A stretch of DNA of 64,000 nucleotides from Eledone cirrhosa (taxonomy: Eukaryota). The notes below the pieces were generated by a model. That model ran no database searches and was not told where the DNA came from. It was given only the letters and a program-made list of their open reading frames with translations. Made by a program: the position numbers and the translations under genes. Of this stretch, positions 58,434-64,000 are shown in pieces (position 1 is the stretch's first letter; each line of letters opens with the position of its first letter). The stretch covers positions 29,450,001 to 29,514,000 of the forward strand of contig OZ024748.1 of assembly GCA_964016885.1 (NCBI GenBank). The letters are read 5' to 3'.

Positions 58434-59671
58434 TAACCACAGCTGCCCCGTATCACCATTGGCCCTCTCAACGAACTTTAATTCTAATCTAACTTCACTT
58501 TATCTTATTTCATTGCATTGAATTTAACCATATGTAAGCCCGTATTTTGTATATCATGCCGCATACATAACCCACACCAAAAAAAATCACACTAACCATG
58601 ACACACCATATTAATAACCACCTATACCCCGTCTCAACATCGTCCACCTCAATGAACTTATTGTATTGTACTCCATGTTACCATTTCTAAGCCCGCATGT
58701 GTATATCATGCCGCACACATCACCATCACCACCACCAAAATTCACATCAACATACACACCTCATAGTTGCAGCATCGTATTAAATCGGTATCCTATGATA
58801 CGTTCTACCTTGCAATCCACAATGACAAGGGACCTTGTAAATACAATGTCGATCATATCACACCATCGCCACCACCACCACACCACACATCGTCATATGC
58901 CTACCATACACGCTTACAACCTCATCCCCCCATGTTCCCTCTGTCTACCATAACCTACAACCCCACACTAAATTCGACCCTGTAATTGTACTGTCGCACG
59001 CACACACAACCACCGCCACCACTAAATACATCCACATACTTCAACAATCATTATCATTGACATCATCAACACATATCATCCGTCGCTCCCAGATCGACTG
59101 TATTATATATCCGCCACCCCCCGTCTGCCTACCCTATAACACACCGTAACCTCTGATCATGTAATCATCTTGTCGAATATATCACCCCAGCACCACCACC
59201 ATCACCATGTCCACAACACACATCGCCGTACGTCCATAAACGCTTTTCCCCCGCGTTCCCTATGTCACATTTTAACCGGTATTCGATCCAGTATATATAT
59301 TTGTGTCCCTCACAACTCCACCACCACCACAAAACACAACTCCATACTTCATCAACACCGACAACACATACCTCCACTCCCCAACCAACAATAGTGTGTG
59401 TCTGTGTGTAAGTATTTTTACTCATACGGGCGTTTAAGTGTGCCTGCGTGTACGCATATTTGTGTGTATGTGTGTGTGTGTATGTGAACACGTGTATGCA
59501 TATGTCTATGTGTGTGTGTATGTGTATGTGTATGTGTGTGTTGTCGGTACATGTGTGTGTATATATATATATGTATATATATGTGTGAGTATACGTGTGT
59601 GTGAGTGATGTATGCAAGATATACACATACATGAGTGTATGTCCATGTGCCCATACCCATGTGTATGTATG

Positions 59672-60102
59672 TGTAGTAAGAGTTGCCTCCCCTGCCACGA
59701 CAATCGAATCGCTGTTCTCTAGACAGGAAGTAGGTGGAGTTGCTTCCCTTTGGGATTGACCAAACTCCCTAGTGGTCACTTCCGGTCAACAGAGATAAAA
59801 GGAGCGATTTACCGCGAAATCTCTCTCTCGCCTCCTGATTCCTGAAGTGGTAACATCTTCGACCATAGCTGGTGATTCTTTCTGGACGACCCTTTCGTTA
59901 CCAGCACAATGCAGCTCACCAGCCTGAGATGAGAGCGCCAAGATATCTCTACCAACTTCAGAATGGTATTATTGCCATCGGGTAACAACCCTTTACATTA
60001 TACGCCTTTGACTTCTATGAAGTAAAACTTTATCACACACACACACCAGTACTCTTTGTCTTTTATATTATGTTGCATGTGCACCGATATCTATTTCCTA
60101 AA
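59672..60102 (+). repeat. Putative 5' LTR
   Basis: Begins TGTAGTAA and ends TTCCTAAA (imperfect inverted termini) just before the PBS; the second LTR is not in the window. Confidence 0.6.
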
Positions 60103-60103
60103 G

Positions 60104-60121
60104 TGGTGACCCCGACGTGAT
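60104..60121 (+). promoter_or_regulatory. Primer-binding site complementary to the tRNA-Trp 3' end
   Basis: TGGTGACCCCGACGTGAT. Confidence 0.85.
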
Positions 60122-60597
60122 ATTTTTTTTTTCCTCAATGGGAAATGGTATACGGTGTATCTGATATGATATAAGACACAAACAAAGAAAAAAAAAAAAA
60201 AAGAGAAAAATATAACACCTACAATTATTGACACGCAGACAAACCACAATTCTATAAATGTTTTCACCATTCTCTTTTCTCTCCTTTTTCTGCCTTTCGC
60301 TTCTCTCGCAAAAAAAAAAAAAATTTATGAGGATGACAAAATGGAGTCTCTCTTCTCTTTAAATAGTGTTTTGGCGCGAAATAGTCCGCCATGTTGGATG
60401 TTTTTTTTTTTTTTTTTGGTTGAGTTTTTAGGCCCCCCGAAATTAACGTAGATAACAGCATTCAAGTAATCGCTTGTTCGCACACTGTCCCGGATGCATT
60501 AGTTTTCCGGTTCAGTGCTCTGATGAAAGATTTTAGTTTCCATTTACTGTTACCTTAGAGACATTTTTCCCAAACGGTAGATTACTACGGCATACCA

Positions 60598-61392
60598 ATG
60601 GCTTCCCACTCTGTTCTGGCAACGTACACGGGCGACGTAAGGTTGTGGTTCTCGCAATTAGAAGCTTTCTTCAGGGCGAACAGAGTCGATGAGGAACTAC
60701 AGCATTCTGTGGTCCTCAGTGCCATTCCGCCGGCAATTCTCCCAGCGGTCAAGGACCTCATGTTGGAGGCAACGACATAGTCGTCGTACGCGTCTCTGAA
60801 GGCTGAAATACTCAGCCGGACAGAACAGTCGTCAGAGAAGAGATTTAGGGCTCTGGTCCACCTGGAGCACATAGGGGATGGCACACCATCGAACCTCCTT
60901 AGGCGGATGAAGGACCTAACGGAGGGGTCTGCAGCGGAAACTGCCCTGGTGAAGCAGTTGTTCTTTTCGCGCCTGCCGACGAACGTACAGGCAATTTTGG
61001 CCCCCATGAGGGATTCAAGCTCGGTTGGGCAGCTTGCCTCATCGGCGGACAAGATATTCGAGGTGACGAATGCCGGAGACAACGACCCCCTCGCCGCTGT
61101 TCAACACCCAGCTCGGACCACACACGGCCATGCGATCTACCCGGCAGCACCAACAGATAGCTTGGCTATCATTGCGATGCAAAGGTCCATTCAGGAGCTC
61201 ACCATGGAGCTCCACAAGATGAAGGCCTTGTGTGGTGGCTGTTCGCGCTCCCGCAGTCGCGGGAGATCGCAAAGTTTCAGATGGCGGTCCAAATCACCAG
61301 CTTCAGCCTCATGCTGGTACCACGAGCGATTCGCGGAGAATGCGAAGTACTGCGTGCAACCTTGCTCCTATCATAAGGCGGGAAACGCATAA
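60598..61392 (+). pseudogene. gag: Gypsy gag with an in-frame TAG at 60778-60780
   Basis: LWFSQLEAFF..; C-terminal CWYHERF....YCVQPC; both track ORFs are in the same frame. Confidence 0.85.
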
Positions 61393-64000
61393 GCGGTCCT
61401 CTGCGGGGGACAGATGGCCTCAACATAAAGCCACCAAACCACCATTTCTTCATTAAGGACCTAATATCCGGAAGAGGTTTCCTCGTGGATACAGGAGCCT
61501 CCTGTAGTATCTGGCCGGTCCATTGCCTGAAAGATACCCCCATAGAGTCATCTGTCACGCTGCAGGCAGTTAACCACTCGTCTATAAAGACGTACGGGCA
61601 AATCTCGCTCCCTCTAAAATTTCTAAATCTTCGAAGGGATTTTAAGTGGATTTTTACGGTCGCCGATTTGCCATATCCCATCTTAGGAGCGGATTTCCTC
61701 CACAACATCTCTTTGACTGTGGACATCCGTGGCCAACGCCTGGTGGATGACATCACCGGTTTTTCAGTTCATGGCCAGGAAGCCAAGGCCCCAATAGTCA
61801 GCCCCGTGTTCTTTATCGCTGCCGCTGGTGACGCTTACCATGCGTTACTGGGTTCTTTCCTGGAGCTCACGGATGGAAATTTTCGAGTCACTGACCCAGC
61901 ACACTCGACCGAACATTTTGTTTCCACCACTGGTGCCCCAGTGTTTTCGCGTCCACGCCGCTTACCGACGGAAAAATTAAAGGCAGCACGGTCCGAGTTC
62001 GACCATATGCTGCAGCTGGGCATTATTCGCCCATCTACGAGTCCTTGGGCTTCACCGTTACACATGGTGCCCAAGACTTCCGGCGACTGGAGACCCACGG
62101 GGGATTATAGGAGGTTAAATGCCATGACCGTCCCGGATAGGTATCCCATTCCCCATCTCCACGATTTTGCATCTTCACTGCAGGGGTGTAAGATTTTTTC
62201 TAAGTTAGATTTAGTGCGAGCCTACCACTAAATTCCGGTCAGGAAGGAGGATATTCCGAAAACTGCAATTACAACCCCTTTCGGATCATTCAAATTTTTG
62301 ACCATGCCTTTCGGACTCAGGAACGCTGCTAGCACTTTTCAGCGGTTCATAGACGAGGTCACGCGTGGTCTGGACTTCGTTTATGCTTACATAGACGATA
62401 TTCTCGTCGCTAGTTCCTCTCCGGAAGAGCATATGCGCCACATGCTTCTCTTATTTCGGCGACTTCAGGATTACCGCGTTCGCGTGAATCCTGCAAAGTG
62501 TGTTTTCGGTTCCACTTCCCTACATTTTTTAGGCCACCTCATCGACGCCGAAGGTATTAGGCCGCTCCCTGAGCGAGTTCAAGCCATACAGGAGTTACCG
62601 CCGCCTACTACACTTCACCAGTTGCGTCACTTCTTAGGCCTAATCAATTTCTATAGGCGTTTCATTCCTCATTGTGCTAATTGGCTATCTTCCCTTACTG
62701 ACATTTTAAAAAAACGTCGTAAGAAGAATGAAGACATTTCCTTGACACAAGGACAGCTTCAGGATTTCCAGTCTGCCAAGACAGCCCTCGCTAGTTCTTC
62801 TTTGCTAGCCCACCCGGTACCAGAGGCCAAGCTTTCGCTTTGTGTTGATGCATCTGATACCGCTGTGGGAGCAGTTTTACAGCAGTCTTACGCTGAAAGC
62901 CAACAACCTTTGGCATTTTTCTCGAGGAAGTTGAAACCAGCAGAAACGCGTTATAGCACGTTTGGGCGGGAATTATTAGCCATATATCTGTCGGTGAAAC
63001 ATTTCTCTCATATCCTTGAGGGGAGAAATTTTACGGTTTTTACCGACCACAAACCGTTGACCTTCGCTTTGAGGGCCAAAGCCGACAGATATTCGCCCAG
63101 AGAGACAAGGCACCTGAACTACGTTTCACAATTTACAAACGATATCCAGCACATTGCCGGCTCGCACAACATAGTTGCAGACGCATTATCTCGTTTGCCA
63201 ATTAGCTCCATCTCGTCATCCCAGGATATCGATTTAGGTCGTTTAGCTGCAGACCAACCTGCACTCCAATCGTTGGACACTCTTTCTACCGAATTTGCGA
63301 CTTGCATTTTCAAATATCTGCCCTTGTCCACCACCGACAGGCAGATCCTTTGTGATGTATCCACTGATGCACCACGACCACTTGTTCCTGAGACTCACCG
63401 TCGAATTGTGTTCCTGGCTCTGCACAACATTTCTCATCCAGGATCGGCTGCCACAGTTAAACTCATAACAGCCAGATTCTTCTGGCCTAATATGAGGCGC
63501 GACATTGCTGTTTTTTGCCGTTCCTGTATCGCTTGCCAGAAATCGAAGATCCATAGACACATCCGGACTCCACTGGGTACTTACACCACTCCAGATGCCC
63601 GGTTCCAACACATCCACATTGACATCGTTGGACCTTGGCCATTCAGCAGTGGATATTCCTACATATTGACGTGTGTCGATCGTTTTTCGCGATGGCCTGA
63701 AGCCATCCCTTTACAAGACATGACTGCCGAGACTGTAGCACGTGCCCTGGTATCAGGGTGGATTACCCGCTTTGGGGTACCAACTACACTCACCACAGAC
63801 CGCGGTAGACAATTCGAGTCCCATCTCTTCTCTGAGCTCACCAAAATAATTGGAGCTCAACGGATTCGGACCACGGCCTATCATCCTGCTTCAAATGGAA
63901 TGGTGGAACGATTCCACCGCCAATTAAAGGCCGCTCTTCGCGCCTATCCAGACTCTCAACGTTGGAGCGAGTACCTTCCTATTGTGTTATTAGGAATTCG
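61380..64000 (+). pseudogene. pol: Gypsy pol (PR, RT, RNase H, IN), -1 frame, one nonsense codon at 62229-62231
   Basis: G GGA AAC slippery site at 61380-61386; [60 protein letters not shown]. Confidence 0.92.

Larger units (their letters stand above)
59672..64000 (+). mobile_element. Ty3/Gypsy LTR retrotransposon (runs off the window)
   Basis: LTR, PBS, gag, PR-RT-RH-IN order. Confidence 0.95.

Overview
Repeat-dominated animal DNA. The SINE/RTE families and huge (TA/TACA)n tracts are most consistent with an octopod cephalopod, but that is an inference. Nearly all Y/I/M/C/H-rich ORFs in the track are microsatellite artefacts. Real content: (i) a decayed Transib/RAG1-like transposon with an internal perfect palindrome, and a piggyBac-type MITE, both inserted in one minisatellite; (ii) many RTE LINE copies, one with an uninterrupted 1039-aa ORF containing a PHD-like finger; (iii) a near-intact CR1-group LINE with a Myb + CCCH ORF1 and an ATG-less ORF2 that follows a T-TTT-TTA slippery site; (iv) three Penelope-like RT/GIY-YIG remnants; (v) tRNA-derived SINEs, a DD37D (maT) mariner remnant and the 5' part of a Gypsy LTR element with a tRNA-Trp PBS; (vi) possibly two small host exons. 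The most striking layer, invisible to the ORF track, is about 9 type I hammerhead-ribozyme motifs in non-coding islands, arranged as tandem, inverted, palindromic and circularly permuted units (Penelope pLTR/retrozyme-like). Several share an unusual ~90-nt stem II and an N·A mismatch next to the core. All calls were made by eye; coordinates may be off by a few bases.
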